A stretch of DNA of 64,000 nucleotides from assembly GCA_963555985.3 (NCBI GenBank), contig OY820591.1, positions 2,784,001 to 2,848,000 on the forward strand, read 5' to 3'. The notes under the pieces are model-generated. The model worked only from the letters and a program-made list of their open reading frames with translations. It searched no databases and was not told the DNA's origin. Source of the DNA: Dehalococcoidia bacterium (GTDB taxonomy: Bacteria > Chloroflexota > Dehalococcoidia > Bin125). Shown piece by piece: positions 24,913 through 42,160 of the stretch (positions are counted from its first letter, which is position 1; each line of letters starts with the position of its first letter). A program made the translations under genes and the position numbers.

Positions 24913-26079
24913 TTAGCCGCCTGGGTTGACGAGGGACTCGAAGGCTTGGTTGCCTCGGAGTGAGTCGAAGTGGTCGTCGGTTTTGGCGGCTTCGGCGTAG
25001 CGGGGGTTGAGGGCGACGGCTCGTTGGAGTGCGCCGACGGCTTGGTCGGCCTGGTTGAGTTTGGCGGCGGCGGAGGCGAAGCCGTAATGCGCGCCGGGCT
25101 GGTCGGGTTCGAGGTTGACGGCAGTACGGAAGGAGTCGAGCGCTTCCTGGGCGCGGTCTTCGTAGAGCAGGGTGAGGCCGAGGTTGGTGTGGGCGGCGCC
25201 GTCGTTCGAACGCAGCCGCAGGGCGTGGCGGAAATCGGCTTCGGCGGTGTCGAATTCGCGTCCGAAGAGGCGCAGGAGGCCGCGATTGACGTAGATGTCG
25301 GGGTCGTCGGGGGCGAGTTCGATGGCGCGCTCGTAGTCGCTGGCGGCGTCTTCGGTGCGGTCGAGCCGGATCAGGGCGTTGGCGCGGTTGTAGTAGGCGG
25401 CGGCAGAGTTGGCGTCGAGTTCGATGGCGCGGTCGTACTGGTTGATGGCTTGCTCGTAGTTGGAGGTCTCGAAGTAGACGTTGCCTTCTTCGAGGTAGGA
25501 GGCGGCGCTGCGTTCGGGGATGGTGGAGGGCGGGGTCGCCACTGCGGCTGCGGCGGGTGCTGCGGCCGGGGCCGGGCTTGGCGGAGGGGCCGGAGGCGAA
25601 CTCGGCGGCGGCGCGACTGCCGCCGGTGCGGACGGCGCTGCTGCCGACGGCGCGGGAGCCGGGGGCGGTTCGGGCGCAGCCGGCATGGGCGGCGTCGGGC
25701 GGGGCTGAGGAGCGGCGGCAACAGGCGCTTCAGGCATGGGCGGCGCGGGCGGGGGTGGCGCAGGCGGAACCGAGATGGCGGCTGCGGCGGGTGGTTGCGG
25801 CATCGCCGGGGGCGGGTTTGGGCTCGCAGGCGGCGCTTCGGGGATCGGCATCGAGGGTCGAACAGCGTCCGGGTTGCCGGTCGCCTGGGCGATCTGGCGC
25901 GCCATCAGTTCGGCCTGCTCGCGCCGGCTGCGCTCGGTGCTGAGTTGCAGCTCCAGGTGTCCGATCCGTTCTTCGGTCAGCTCGCGTTCGAGGCGCTGCT
26001 GCGATTGCAGGGTTCGGTAGACCCAGAGCGCCGCTGCCCAGGGGAGGAGCAGACGGAGCAGAAGCGCGAGGAATTGCAT
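24913..26079 (-). CDS. Membrane-anchored protein with Pro/Ala linker and TPR repeats
   Basis: N-terminal hydrophobic segment, PAPPP-rich linker, AYYNRANAL / IYVNRGLL / AHTNLGL TPRs. Confidence 0.88.
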   Translation of the reverse strand: MQFLALLLRLLLPWAAALWVYRTLQSQQRLERELTEERIGHLELQLSTERSRREQAELMARQIAQATGNPDAVRPSMPIPEAPPASPNPPPAMPQPPAAAAISVPPAPPPPAPPMPEAPVAAAPQPRPTPPMPAAPEPPPAPAPSAAAPSAPAAVAPPPSSPPAPPPSPAPAAAPAAAAVATPPSTIPERSAASYLEEGNVYFETSNYEQAINQYDRAIELDANSAAAYYNRANALIRLDRTEDAASDYERAIELAPDDPDIYVNRGLLRLFGREFDTAEADFRHALRLRSNDGAAHTNLGLTLLYEDRAQEALDSFRTAVNLEPDQPGAHYGFASAAAKLNQADQAVGALQRAVALNPRYAEAAKTDDHFDSLRGNQAFESLVNPGG

Positions 26080-26118
26080 GGGGAGCTCCTTTAGCGGCGT
26101 CGGGCCGCGGTGGTTCAG

Positions 26119-26553
26119 TTATCCGTTCGAGTCGGCGCGCAAATGCTCGCTGATGGCCTGAAGTCCGTTGAGGGCCAGGGTGAGGCGGTCGCGCGCGGAG
26201 AGGTCTTCGAGTTCGGCCAGGGTTTCGTCGCGCATGGAGACGGGATCGCTGGCGCCGAAGAGCGCGGCCGGACCTTCGTCGTCAAAGGAGAGTTGGAGTT
26301 CGCGCAGTTCTCCGGATTCGGTCACGATCACGCAGCCGATGTTCTTGTCCTCGAGGCCGTCGGGTTCGACTTCGACGCCCATCGTGAAGAAGGCGCCCGG
26401 GAAGGGAGGGAAGGGACGCAGTTCGAGGGCAGCCTCGCGCAAGAGGGCGAGCACGCGCTCAGCGGCGTCGTTGAGGATTTCGTCGGCCATGCGGAGGCGC
26501 AGGTCTGCGCGGATCGCATCGGGGGAGGATTGGCCGGGGCGCGCTTCGCTCAT
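26119..26553 (-). CDS. Hypothetical protein
   Basis: RBS ggagag before ATG 26553; globular-looking sequence (LRPFPPFPGAFFT, GCVIV..GELREL). Confidence 0.7.
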   Translation of the reverse strand: MSEARPGQSSPDAIRADLRLRMADEILNDAAERVLALLREAALELRPFPPFPGAFFTMGVEVEPDGLEDKNIGCVIVTESGELRELQLSFDDEGPAALFGASDPVSMRDETLAELEDLSARDRLTLALNGLQAISEHLRADSNG

Positions 26554-26740
26554 GCGCTCTCCGGTTGGGGTGTGTTGATCGGGTGGGGCATAGCTAGAGA
26601 TTATACGCGCGCACGAATAAGTACAGCGCCGGTATGTTGCGGCGTGTGCGGAAGACGGGCGTCGATTCAGCGCATCCGCGCGCCGACTAGGATGATGCTG
26701 AGGCCGGCGGGCCGGGTTGGCGCGGTCGGAGTGGGAGCAC

Positions 26741-29041
26741 ATGGCGGACGGCATCTGGAACTCGCAACTGCGAATCGCGGCCGGATACGCCGTGGACGAC
26801 GCGCCGCAGTTGGCGTTCGCAGAGCGCAGCGACGCACAGGGGCGGCTGGTCAGCCTCTACATCCTGGCCGAGCCGGTGGCGGCGGGTGCGGAAGCGTTTA
26901 TCGACTCGTTTGTGGGCCGGATCGGGGAGCTGTTCGATCCGGCGGCGCGCTCATTGACGGGGGCGCTGAAGCTGGCGATCGAAACGGCGCATGAGGAGTT
27001 GCGGGTCTGGAATCGCGAGCATCTGCCGGTGGAACAGGCGGCGTACGGGGTCTCTTGCCTGATTTTGCGTGAGGGGGGAGACGCGATTCTGGGGCAAGCG
27101 GGTCCGTCGCTGGCATTTGGGGCGGGAGATCCAGGTGAGGCAGGCTCACGGCCCACGCAGTTGTACGCGCATCGGGGCGAGGATCCCGTGGCTGCGCCGA
27201 TCGGCGGTTCGCAGCCGTTGCGGGTGCAGTTTGCGCCGCCGCCGCAGGCGCGGGCGGGCTGGGCGTTGCTGCTGACGTCGAATGTCGGTCAGTTGCTGGA
27301 CGCCGAGCGCCGGGTGGCGCTGAGCCGCTTGCCGGCGGACGAGGTGCTGCGCAGTCTGTATCCGTCGTTGACGCCGCTGTATGACGCGGCGGGGCTGATC
27401 GTGGCGCTGGCGGACGAGACGGTGATTCCGCCAACGCCGCCGCAACCGCTCTCGCAGCCGCCACAACCTGCGCCGCCGCCGCTGGCTCCGCAGTCTCCGC
27501 CCGGATCGTCCTTGGCGACTGTCGAGCCGTCTGCACAGGGGGAAGTAGCGGCTGAGGATGTTCGCCCAGCGGAACCGGAGCCTGAGCCGGAAGCGCAGAG
27601 CGAAGCCGATGCGCCGGGCGAACCTGACGATGAGACGGCGACGCGGCGGCCGGTCGAGTTTCGGCGCGAATTGAGCCTGTCTTCGTTCGCGGCGGGGCCG
27701 GAGTTGAGCGGGATGGCGTGGCCGCGCAACCCGTTTGCGGTAGAGGATTGGCGGGTGTTGACGGTGGCGGTAGGTCCGGCGGCGGCGCCCGTGCAGCGCT
27801 CGATCATGGAGGTGGGAGACACGCTGCCCACGCTTGGCGGGGAGCCTGCTCCTACTCCAGCCTCGCCTGCGCTCGTACGGCGAGGCGAACCGCGCGGATC
27901 GAATCGGCGGGCGGCGTTTGCGCTGGCGGGGATGCTGCTGATCTTTGCGGCGATCGCGGCGGCGCTGCTGGGGCCGCCACTGTTGCGTACCGAGCAGGAT
28001 GAGTTCACGTCGCTGCTGGAACAGGCTCGGACTGATCTGGCGGCGTCGAAGCTGGCAGTGGGAGCGGAGGCGTCGCGGCCCGCGCTCGACGATGCGTTGG
28101 AGCATGTCGCGGCGGCGTTGGAGCTGAACCCGCTGGCGGAGGAGGCGCTGACGCTGCGTGGCGAGATCGAGGCGGCGCTGGATCAGCTGAAGCTGGTGCA
28201 ATCGCCCGGCGAGTTGGTGACGCTGGTTGATCTTGGTCGCTACGGACCGTCGATTGCGCTGGGCACGCTGCGCGCCGGCGGCGGGCGAGTGTTCGCGCTC
28301 GACGACGCGGGCGGTCGCGTGTTTGCGGTCTCGGAAGAGGGCGTGGCGACCGTGATTTACCTCGAGGGAGCGGTGCTGAGCGCGGGCGGACAGATGCGGG
28401 CGGGGCGTCCGATCAGCATCACGGTCGAGTCGGCGGGCGATGAGACGGCGCTCTGGATTCTCGACTCGAATGCGCGGCTGTATCGCTGGAGCGAGAGCGG
28501 GACGTTGCTGATTCCGCTGCCGGGTGCGTCGCGGTTCGGCTCGATGGACGCGATCGCGGCGGGGGCGGGCGGTCTGTATCTGCTGGACGCGAGCGGGGGC
28601 GCGGTCTGGCGCTTCGATTATGACGGTCGCACGCTCTCGGAGCCGATGCGGGCGGTGGGCCGGACGGATCTGCATCAGGCCGACGAGTTGGCGGTCTGGC
28701 GCAATGAGCGAGGCCGGATTGAGATTCTGATCGCAGGCGGCGACGGTCGCTTGCGGCGGTTCGTGGACGGGGAGGAAGAGGCGGTGGCGTTGACGCTTGA
28801 GCGCGAGCTGCTCGCGCCCGCGTCGCTGACGGTGGGCGGGCAGTCGGGTCTGGTCTATAGCGCTGATCGTGGCGGCGGGCGAGTGATCGTGGTGCGTCCC
28901 GAGGTTGGATTGGTGGCGCAGATTGAGTCGCCGGAGCTGCGCGAGGTTCGGGGCGTTGCAGTGGACGAGGCGAGCGGGCGGATCGTGTACGCCTTGCCCG
29001 CTTCGCTGTTGCTGGGTCAAGCGCTCGGATCGGGGCAATAG
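26741..29041 (+). CDS. Single-pass membrane protein: degenerate PP2C-like N-domain, Pro-rich linker, C-terminal NHL-type beta-propeller
   Basis: LKLAIETAHEEL, AILGQAGPSLAF; central TM; repeats LYLLD..GGAVWR, VYSADRGGGRV. Confidence 0.65.
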   Translation: MADGIWNSQLRIAAGYAVDDAPQLAFAERSDAQGRLVSLYILAEPVAAGAEAFIDSFVGRIGELFDPAARSLTGALKLAIETAHEELRVWNREHLPVEQAAYGVSCLILREGGDAILGQAGPSLAFGAGDPGEAGSRPTQLYAHRGEDPVAAPIGGSQPLRVQFAPPPQARAGWALLLTSNVGQLLDAERRVALSRLPADEVLRSLYPSLTPLYDAAGLIVALADETVIPPTPPQPLSQPPQPAPPPLAPQSPPGSSLATVEPSAQGEVAAEDVRPAEPEPEPEAQSEADAPGEPDDETATRRPVEFRRELSLSSFAAGPELSGMAWPRNPFAVEDWRVLTVAVGPAAAPVQRSIMEVGDTLPTLGGEPAPTPASPALVRRGEPRGSNRRAAFALAGMLLIFAAIAAALLGPPLLRTEQDEFTSLLEQARTDLAASKLAVGAEASRPALDDALEHVAAALELNPLAEEALTLRGEIEAALDQLKLVQSPGELVTLVDLGRYGPSIALGTLRAGGGRVFALDDAGGRVFAVSEEGVATVIYLEGAVLSAGGQMRAGRPISITVESAGDETALWILDSNARLYRWSESGTLLIPLPGASRFGSMDAIAAGAGGLYLLDASGGAVWRFDYDGRTLSEPMRAVGRTDLHQADELAVWRNERGRIEILIAGGDGRLRRFVDGEEEAVALTLERELLAPASLTVGGQSGLVYSADRGGGRVIVVRPEVGLVAQIESPELREVRGVAVDEASGRIVYALPASLLLGQALGSGQ

Positions 29042-29096
29042 CGATCGGGCAGCGTCGGTCTGGGAGTAGGCTGCTGATCCGGGATTGGAGCGGTTA

Positions 29097-30134
29097 ATGG
29101 CTTTTCGAGTGTTGGCGCTGGAGTCGTCGTGCGACGAATTCGCAGGCGCGGTGATCGAGGGCGGGGTGGAAGTCGTGGCGTCGGTGGTGGCGTCGCAGGC
29201 GGAGATTCACGCTCGCTACGGCGGGGTCGTGCCGGAAGTGGCGGGACGGGAGCATCTGCGCAATCTGGCGCCGGTATTGCAGGGGACGCTGGAAGCGGCG
29301 GAGTTGGACTGGAGCGATCTGGATGCGATGGCGGTGACGCAGGGTCCGGGCCTAGGCGGATCGCTGTTGGTGGGCGTGAATGCGGCGAAGGCGGCGGCGT
29401 GGGCGCGGGGCTTGCCGCTGATTCCGGTGCATCACATCGCGGGGCACCTGTACGCGAACTGGTTGCGTCCGGCGACGGAGCATTGGGACGACACACCGCC
29501 GCCGTTTCCCTGCGTGGCGCTAGTGGTGTCGGGGGGACACACCGAGTTGTTCTGGATGGAAGATCATGATCAGGTGGAGCGGATCGGACAGACGCGGGAC
29601 GACGCGGCCGGGGAAGCGTTTGACAAAGTGGGTCGGTTGTTGGGTCTGCCGTTTCCCGGCGGTCCGGAGATCGAGCGGGCGGCGAAAGGCGCGACCGAAG
29701 AGGCGTTGGCGGCGACGCCGCAGTTGCCGCGCGCGTGGATGCGGGGTACGGATGATTTCTCGTTCTCGGGTCTGAAGACGGCGGTGCTCAACCGTACCCG
29801 GCGCGGTCCCGTGGACATGGCGGCGACCGCGTACCGATTTCAGGAAGCGGTGGTGGACGTGCTGGCGACGAAAACGGCACGGGCGGCGGCGGAACGCGGA
29901 GCGGCCTGCGTGATCGTGGCGGGCGGGGTAGCGGCGAATTCGGCGCTGCGCGAGGGGTTGTATGAGCGCTGCGATGTGCCGGTGCGGGTGCCGCCGCCGT
30001 ATCTGTGTACGGATAATGCGGCGATGATCGGGGCGGCGGCGTCGTACCGGCGGGACGGAGCGGTGACGACGGACGGGCTTGATTTTGATGTGTACAGCAC
30101 GTCGGGGGTAGAGGTGTTCTCGCCGGGGGTCTAG
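29097..30134 (+). CDS. tsaD: tRNA threonylcarbamoyltransferase TsaD
   Basis: LALESSCDE, YGGVVPEVA, HHIAGH, SGGHT, DDAAGEAFDK, GGVAAN, CTDNAAMI. Confidence 0.96.
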   Translation: MAFRVLALESSCDEFAGAVIEGGVEVVASVVASQAEIHARYGGVVPEVAGREHLRNLAPVLQGTLEAAELDWSDLDAMAVTQGPGLGGSLLVGVNAAKAAAWARGLPLIPVHHIAGHLYANWLRPATEHWDDTPPPFPCVALVVSGGHTELFWMEDHDQVERIGQTRDDAAGEAFDKVGRLLGLPFPGGPEIERAAKGATEEALAATPQLPRAWMRGTDDFSFSGLKTAVLNRTRRGPVDMAATAYRFQEAVVDVLATKTARAAAERGAACVIVAGGVAANSALREGLYERCDVPVRVPPPYLCTDNAAMIGAAASYRRDGAVTTDGLDFDVYSTSGVEVFSPGV

Positions 30135-30169
30135 CAGGGCGCGAGCACACCGAGTTGTTCAGCAGCCTG

Positions 30170-31315
30170 CTAGCGATTGAGACTGGGAGTGAGTCCGCCC
30201 GAAGCCGTGGCGGCGCGGCTGGAACGGGACAGGCGCGCGAGCGGACAGGCGGCGCAGGCGCCGTGGCGGCAGCGGTGGCGTTCGAGTTCGAGTAGGGCCT
30301 GGGTATGGGGATGACGCCAGTTGAAGGTGGATTCGGCGTGCTCGGTTTCGGGTTCGAGGCGGTCGCGGAGGGCGTCGGTGCGTTGGTAGCAGGCCGGGGG
30401 CAGTTGACTCCAGGGTTCGAAGGCGTAGCTGAAGGGGTAGATTGCGTCGGCGAGGAGTTGACGGGCGCGGGCGGTACCGAGCCGGTGCGGGATTCGGAGT
30501 TGAGCGCCGGCCTCGTTGGGCGGCAGTTGAGCCAGGCGCTCGAAGGCGGCGGCGGGGCCGCCGTCGGTCTCGCGCCAGCGGGTGAGGAGTTCGGCGAGAA
30601 TCTGCGCGGCGGTTCGGGCTGCGCCGAGCGGCCCGCGTGCGTGTCTCCAGGGGGACTCGACGAGCGCCGATTCGAGCGGCGAGGCGAGTTCGTCCCAGTG
30701 GTCGGCTGAGGGCAGAGAGCGGAGGAGCGCGCGCCGGATGGCTTCGGCGTTGTGGGGCTGTCCGAGTGCGCGGGCGGCGGCGATCGCGGCGCGGCGGTCG
30801 TCTAACGAGCCCGGCCCGTTGGGAGGTTGGAGTTGAGTGATTTCGGTCGCCTTGCGGAGGAAGCGCCGCTGCGCGAGTTGGAGGAGTTGCGCCTCAAGCG
30901 CCGCGCTTCCGGCGCGTTCGCGGAGATTGGCGCAGGGAGGAGGGATGGCGGGCATAGCCGGGTCGCCATTGGGCAGCTCGATCGTGGCGAGAGCGGGACT
31001 GAGCGCCGCCGCCCCTGGTGAGTTCTTGGCGACCAAGTGGAGGATGACGTTGGCGTAGGCGGGATCGTGCTGGTGTCCGTGCTGGTTCCAACCGCTTGGG
31101 CGCAGGTGACATTCGATATCGCCGCGGCGGACGCGGCCGTCGGCGTCGAGTAGTTGGGCGTCGCGGAAATCGGGGCCGGGGCCGAAGTTCCACTGTCCGG
31201 CGTGGATGATTCGCAGCGGGCGGCCGTTCGCGTCGTGCAGAAGCGGCGCGGGCCAGGCGCCGCCGGCCCAGCGTTGTTGGAGGGCGTGCTCGCTCTGAGC
31301 GTCCGCTTCAGGCAT
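30170..31315 (-). CDS. DUF2851 family protein
   Basis: GQWNFGPGPDFRDA, GDIECH, WNQHGHQHDPAYANVILH, C-terminal CxxxxCxxCP. Confidence 0.8.
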   Translation of the reverse strand: MPEADAQSEHALQQRWAGGAWPAPLLHDANGRPLRIIHAGQWNFGPGPDFRDAQLLDADGRVRRGDIECHLRPSGWNQHGHQHDPAYANVILHLVAKNSPGAAALSPALATIELPNGDPAMPAIPPPCANLRERAGSAALEAQLLQLAQRRFLRKATEITQLQPPNGPGSLDDRRAAIAAARALGQPHNAEAIRRALLRSLPSADHWDELASPLESALVESPWRHARGPLGAARTAAQILAELLTRWRETDGGPAAAFERLAQLPPNEAGAQLRIPHRLGTARARQLLADAIYPFSYAFEPWSQLPPACYQRTDALRDRLEPETEHAESTFNWRHPHTQALLELERHRCRHGACAACPLARLSRSSRAATASGGLTPSLNR

Positions 31316-31604
31316 CGGAGTCCGCTTCTTTGCGGTCATCGGGGTTGGCGTCGGCTCCGGATTGGTAGCCGAAGCGGGCGTCTTCGGCGACGCGGGTGAG
31401 CAGACGCGCGGCAGGGCCGCGGGGTTGGTATTGGCCCCGCTCCCACTCGGAAATGGTCTGCTGACGAGTGTTGAGTTCGTCGGCTAAGTCGGCTTGGGTG
31501 AGGCCGAGGTGGGCGCGCAGTTGACGGATACGCTCGGCGTCCCACTGGCGGTCGCGTCGGCGGCGTTGGGCATTGCGCTTGCGGCGGCTGCGGGGCTGGT
31601 TCAT
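31308..31604 (-). CDS. XRE-family helix-turn-helix protein
   Basis: IRQLRAHLGLTQADLADELNTRQQTISEWERGQYQP; 8-bp overlap with the DUF2851 gene. Confidence 0.9.
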   Translation of the reverse strand: MNQPRSRRKRNAQRRRRDRQWDAERIRQLRAHLGLTQADLADELNTRQQTISEWERGQYQPRGPAARLLTRVAEDARFGYQSGADANPDDRKEADSDA

Positions 31605-31675
31605 CAGACGCGCAGAATACACGTTTCCGTGTATCTCTGCTGATGTGGGCGTTACGCAACCAACTCATGTCCGGC

Positions 31676-31705
31676 TTGACGATTGGTTCAGGAGCGTCCT
31701 AAACT
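31676..31705 (+). promoter_or_regulatory. Putative sigma70 promoter of rpoB (TTGACG-N18-TAAACT)
   Basis: Hexamers read directly; ~270 nt upstream of the rpoB start. Confidence 0.5.
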
Positions 31706-31974
31706 GCAAATGGCAACCCATGCCCCAGAACAGCACTTCCTCAGACCACGATCAGCAGCGATGCCGCAGACGGCCTCGGCTGCGTAGAGGTGCGTCGCCC
31801 GCCTAAATCGGAAGCGCGCCCCGATGCAGTCTTTGCGCCACGGCGGTTGGCGCGCTGTGGCATCTGATGATCCCGACGACTCTGTCGACGTGCTGACACT
31901 TGGGCGAGAGGCTGATTGTCGGTCGCGGCTGCTGTCTAGATGATGAGGCAGATTGGCGAGAAAGGGCGTTCCGC

Positions 31975-34900
31975 ATGGTACTCGAACCTCCTTCGGCGAC
32001 GAGCGGATTTGAGGCAGCGCAGGCCGGCTCGACGGCGGCGCGCGAGGTAATTCGCTACTCGCGGCTGGACGAGAAGCATCCGCTGCCGAATCTGATCCAG
32101 TTGCAGCGCGATTCCTACAACTGGTTCCTCGAAGAGGGCCTGGACGAGCTGCTCACGGAGATGTCGCCGATTACCGATTTCACCGGTAACCGGATGGAGT
32201 TGTACTTCAAGGACTACCGCTACCTGCCGCCGACGATGAGTCCGCTCGAATGCCGCCGCCGCGACGCCACTTACGAAGGCGAGTTGCGGGTGACGGTGGG
32301 TCTGCTCTCGAAGAAGACGAACGAAACCAAGGAGCAGGAGCTTTACTTCGGACACCTGCCGCATATGACCGAGACCGGCACGTTCATCATCAACGGCGCC
32401 GAGCGGGTGGTGGTATCGCAGCTGGTGCGGTCGCCGGGGGTGTATTTCGGGGCGAGCCAGGACTCGGCGACGGGGCGGGCGCTCTGCGCGGCCAAGCTGA
32501 TTCCCAGCCGGGGGGCCTGGTTGGAGTTCGAGAGTTCCAGCCGCGACGTGCTCACGGTCAAAGTCGACCGTAAGCGCAAGATCGCGGTGACGACGCTGCT
32601 GCGGGCGCTGGACGACTCGGACGATCCCGAGTTCTACGAAGACGGCGATGTCGAGAACGGGCGCAAGCTCGAGCACCTGTTGGGTACCGACGAACGCATT
32701 CGGCAGATGCTGGTCGGCGCTGACCCGGAGGACGCGCCGCACCAGTTCATCGAGCGCACCTTCAACGCTGAATCCGCGACTACTCCGCCGGAAGAGCGCA
32801 ACAAGCAGTGGGCGATGCTCGAAGTCTACAAGCGTCTGCGCCCGGGCGACCCGCCGACGCTGGAGACTGCGCGCTCGATGCTCGAGGGTCAGTTCTTCCG
32901 TCCGCGCCGCTACGATCTCGGCGCGGTGGGACGCTACAAGGTGAACAAGCGCCTGGGCGTGATCGCGGAAGAGCTGGGCGAGCGCTGCCTGGGTCTGGGC
33001 GTGGACGCGGAACGAACCGATGCCGATGAAGCCCGCGAACGCGCGCTCTGGATGCGCGATCTGCTGGCGATCATTCACACGCAGGTGCGGATCAACAACG
33101 GGATCGAAGAGCCGGACGACATTGACCATCTCGGCAACCGCCGGATTCGCGCGGTGGGCGAGCAGCTGCAGAACCAGTTCCGCGTGGGCATGGTGCGGAT
33201 GGAGCGCGTCGTTCGTGAGCGGATGACGATCATCGATCCGGATCAGGCGGCGTCTAGCGCGCTCGTGAACATTCGCCCGGTACAGGCGGCAGTGAAGGAG
33301 TTCTTCGGCGGTCACCAGCTCAGCCAGTTCATGGATCAGACGAACCCGCTGGCGGAACTGACGCACAAGCGGCGGCTCTCGGCGCTGGGTCCGGGCGGAC
33401 TCAGTCGGGACCGGGCCGGCTTCGATGTGCGCGACGTGCATTACTCGCATTACGGCCGGATCTGTCCGATCGAGACGCCGGAAGGCCCGAACATCGGCCT
33501 GATCGGTTCGTTGGCGACGTATGGCGTGCTGAACGAGTTCGGCTTCATCAAGACGCCCTATCGCAAGGTGATCGACGAACTGGCTCCGGATCACCCGGAC
33601 ATTCTTGGCCGGATCCTGGATGAGGATGTCGAGGATGCCGAAGGGGACGTGATCGCTAGCGAAAGCGACGAGATCACGCCGGAGCTGGCGCGCCGGATCG
33701 CCGAGGTCAACGACGCGCCGGTGGCGATTCTGCCCTTCGTCTCGGACGAGGTAGTGGAACTGACGGCGGACGATGAGCGCGATGCGGTGATCGCGCAGGC
33801 GAATGCGCGGGTGGATGCGCGCGGTTATCTGATGGACGAGCGCGTGGAGGGGCGCAAGGGCAAGCGCTTTGAGGAGTTCGCGCGTGAAGAGATCGAGTAC
33901 ATGGACGTGTCGCCGCGCCAGATCGTGTCAGTGGCGGCGTCGCTGATTCCGTTCCTCGAGCACGACGACGCGAATCGCGCCCTGATGGGCGCGAATATGC
34001 AGCGTCAGGCGGTGCCGTTGGTGCGTCCGGAAGCGCCGCTGGTGGGGACAGGGATGGAGCGCCCGGCCGCGTATGACTCCGGCCAGGTGCTCTCGGCCGA
34101 GGGCGACGGCGAAGTGAGCAGCGTGACGGCGGAACAGATCACGCTGCGCTACGACAAGCCGGTGGACGGCCGTCGCGAGCACTCGTACCCGCTGCTCAAG
34201 TTCATGCGCTCCAACCAGGGCACTTGTATCAACCAGCGCGCGATCGTGTTCAAGGGCGAGCGCGTGGTGGCGGGTCAGGCGATCGCTGACTCGTCCTCAA
34301 CCGACCAGGGCGAGTTGGCGCTCGGTCAGAATGTGCTGGCCGCGTTCATGGCCTGGGAGGGCTACAACTTCGAGGACGCGGTGATCGTCTCCGAGCGGCT
34401 GGTGCAGGATCACAAGTTCACCTCGATTCACATGTCCAAGCACGAAGCGGGTGCGCGCGAGACCAAGCTCGGGCCCGAGGAGATCACGCGCGATATTCCC
34501 AACGTGGGCGAAGACTCGCGCGCGCATCTGGACGATGAAGGGATCGTGCGGATCGGCGCGGAGGTCAAGCCGGGCGACATCCTGGTCGGCAAGATCACAC
34601 CGAAGGGCGAGACCGAGCTGACCGCCGAGGAGAAGCTGCTGCGGGCGATCTTCGGTGAGAAAGCGCGCGAAGTGAAAGACACTTCGAAGCGGGTGCCGCA
34701 CGGCGTGCGCGGGGTGGTCGTCGATGTGCGCGTGTTCAACCGCAGCGAGGACGATGATCTGCCGGCGGGGATGGAGAAGCTGGTTCGGGTCACGATCGCC
34801 GAGCGGCGCAAGCTGCAAGTGGGCGACAAGATGGCCGGACGGCACGGCAACAAGGGTGTGATCTCCACGATTTTGCCGGTGGAGGATATGCCGCATCTGG

Positions 34901-35962
34901 AGGACGGCACTCCGATTGACGTGATTCTCTCGCCGATCGGCGTGCCCAGCCGGATGAACTTGGGCCAGATTCTGGAGACGCAGCTGGGCTGGGCTGCGAA
35001 TGAGCTCGGCTTCCGCGCGATCACGCCGGTCTTCGATGGCGCTTCGGAAGAGGAGTTGCAGGACGCGCTGGCGCGAGCCTGGCTGGTGCGCAGCGCGCGC
35101 GGTCAACCGGCGCTGTCGCCGGGCGGCGGCGAGCTGATGAGCAACGGCGCTCGCGGCGAGACCAACGGAGCGCACGCCGGCAACGGCGCGAGCGACGCTC
35201 CGCTCGATCTGTCGGTGCTTGGCGGCGACGGCGCAGTCGATGCCCGCACCGAGGCCTGGCTCTCGGCGCGGGGGTACGGCGATGAGGCGATCACGGAGGC
35301 GTTCAGCAGGGAACACATTGGCGCGGCCAGCCGGATGGCGCTGGCGGAATGGCTGATCGAGCTCGGCGAGCCGCGTTCGGCCCGCCACTTCGCGCCGCAG
35401 ACGTTGATCGATAAGGCGATGCAGGCCGTGCGCGAGAGCAAGGGTTCGCCCCCGATTTACGGCAAGCAGCGCCTGATCAACGGACGCACGGGCGAGTGGA
35501 TCGACCAACCGGTCACGGTTGGCTACATTTACCTGCTCAAGCTGAGCCACATGGTCGAGGACAAGATCCACGCCCGCGCGACCGGACCCTACTCGCTGAT
35601 CACGCAGCAGCCGTTGGGCGGTAAGGCGCAGTTCGGCGGGCAGCGCTTCGGCGAGATGGAAGTTTGGGCGCTGGAGGCGTACGGCGCGGCGAACACGCTG
35701 CAAGAGCTGCTGACCGTCAAGAGCGACGACATCGTGGGTCGGGTGAAGACCTACGAGGCGATCGTGAAGGGCGAGTCGGTGCTCGATCCGGGGGTGCCGG
35801 AGTCGTTCAAGGTCTTGCAGAAAGAGCTGCAAAGCCTCGGTCTCTCGATTGAGATTCTGAACAGTGAGAAGGATGTGCGGCTGGAGTTTGAAGCGGCCAG
35901 CCGCGACGACCTGCCGCAACTCGGCATCAACCTCTCGGGCTTCGAGGGAGAGGACGTGATTC

Positions 35963-35970
<8 letters not shown>
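31975..35970 (+). CDS. rpoB: DNA-directed RNA polymerase subunit beta
   Basis: [52 protein letters not shown]. Confidence 0.99.
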
Positions 35971-40393
<4,423 letters not shown>

Positions 40394-40428
40394 AGTCGGC
40401 GCTGCGCGCCAAGCGGAAGCTGACACGA

Positions 40429-40466
40429 AGCAGCCCCCGCGCCAGTCGGCGCGGGGGCTGCTGTTT
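40429..40466. terminator. Hairpin terminator between convergent rpoC and groEL
   Basis: 15-bp perfect stem agcagcccccgcgcc / ggcgcgggggctgct with 4-nt loop, followed by gttt. Confidence 0.8.
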
Positions 40467-40489
40467 GGCTGCCGATTTGGGCTGTCGGG

Positions 40490-42160
<1,671 letters not shown>

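Noticed and set aside
31614-31628. LexA-type box before the XRE gene
   Set aside because: Two mismatches and equally explained as a -10 (TATTCT) of a short-leader transcript
33295-33400. Rifampicin-resistance substitutions in RpoB
   Set aside because: Key Q, D, H and S positions of cluster I are the sensitive type
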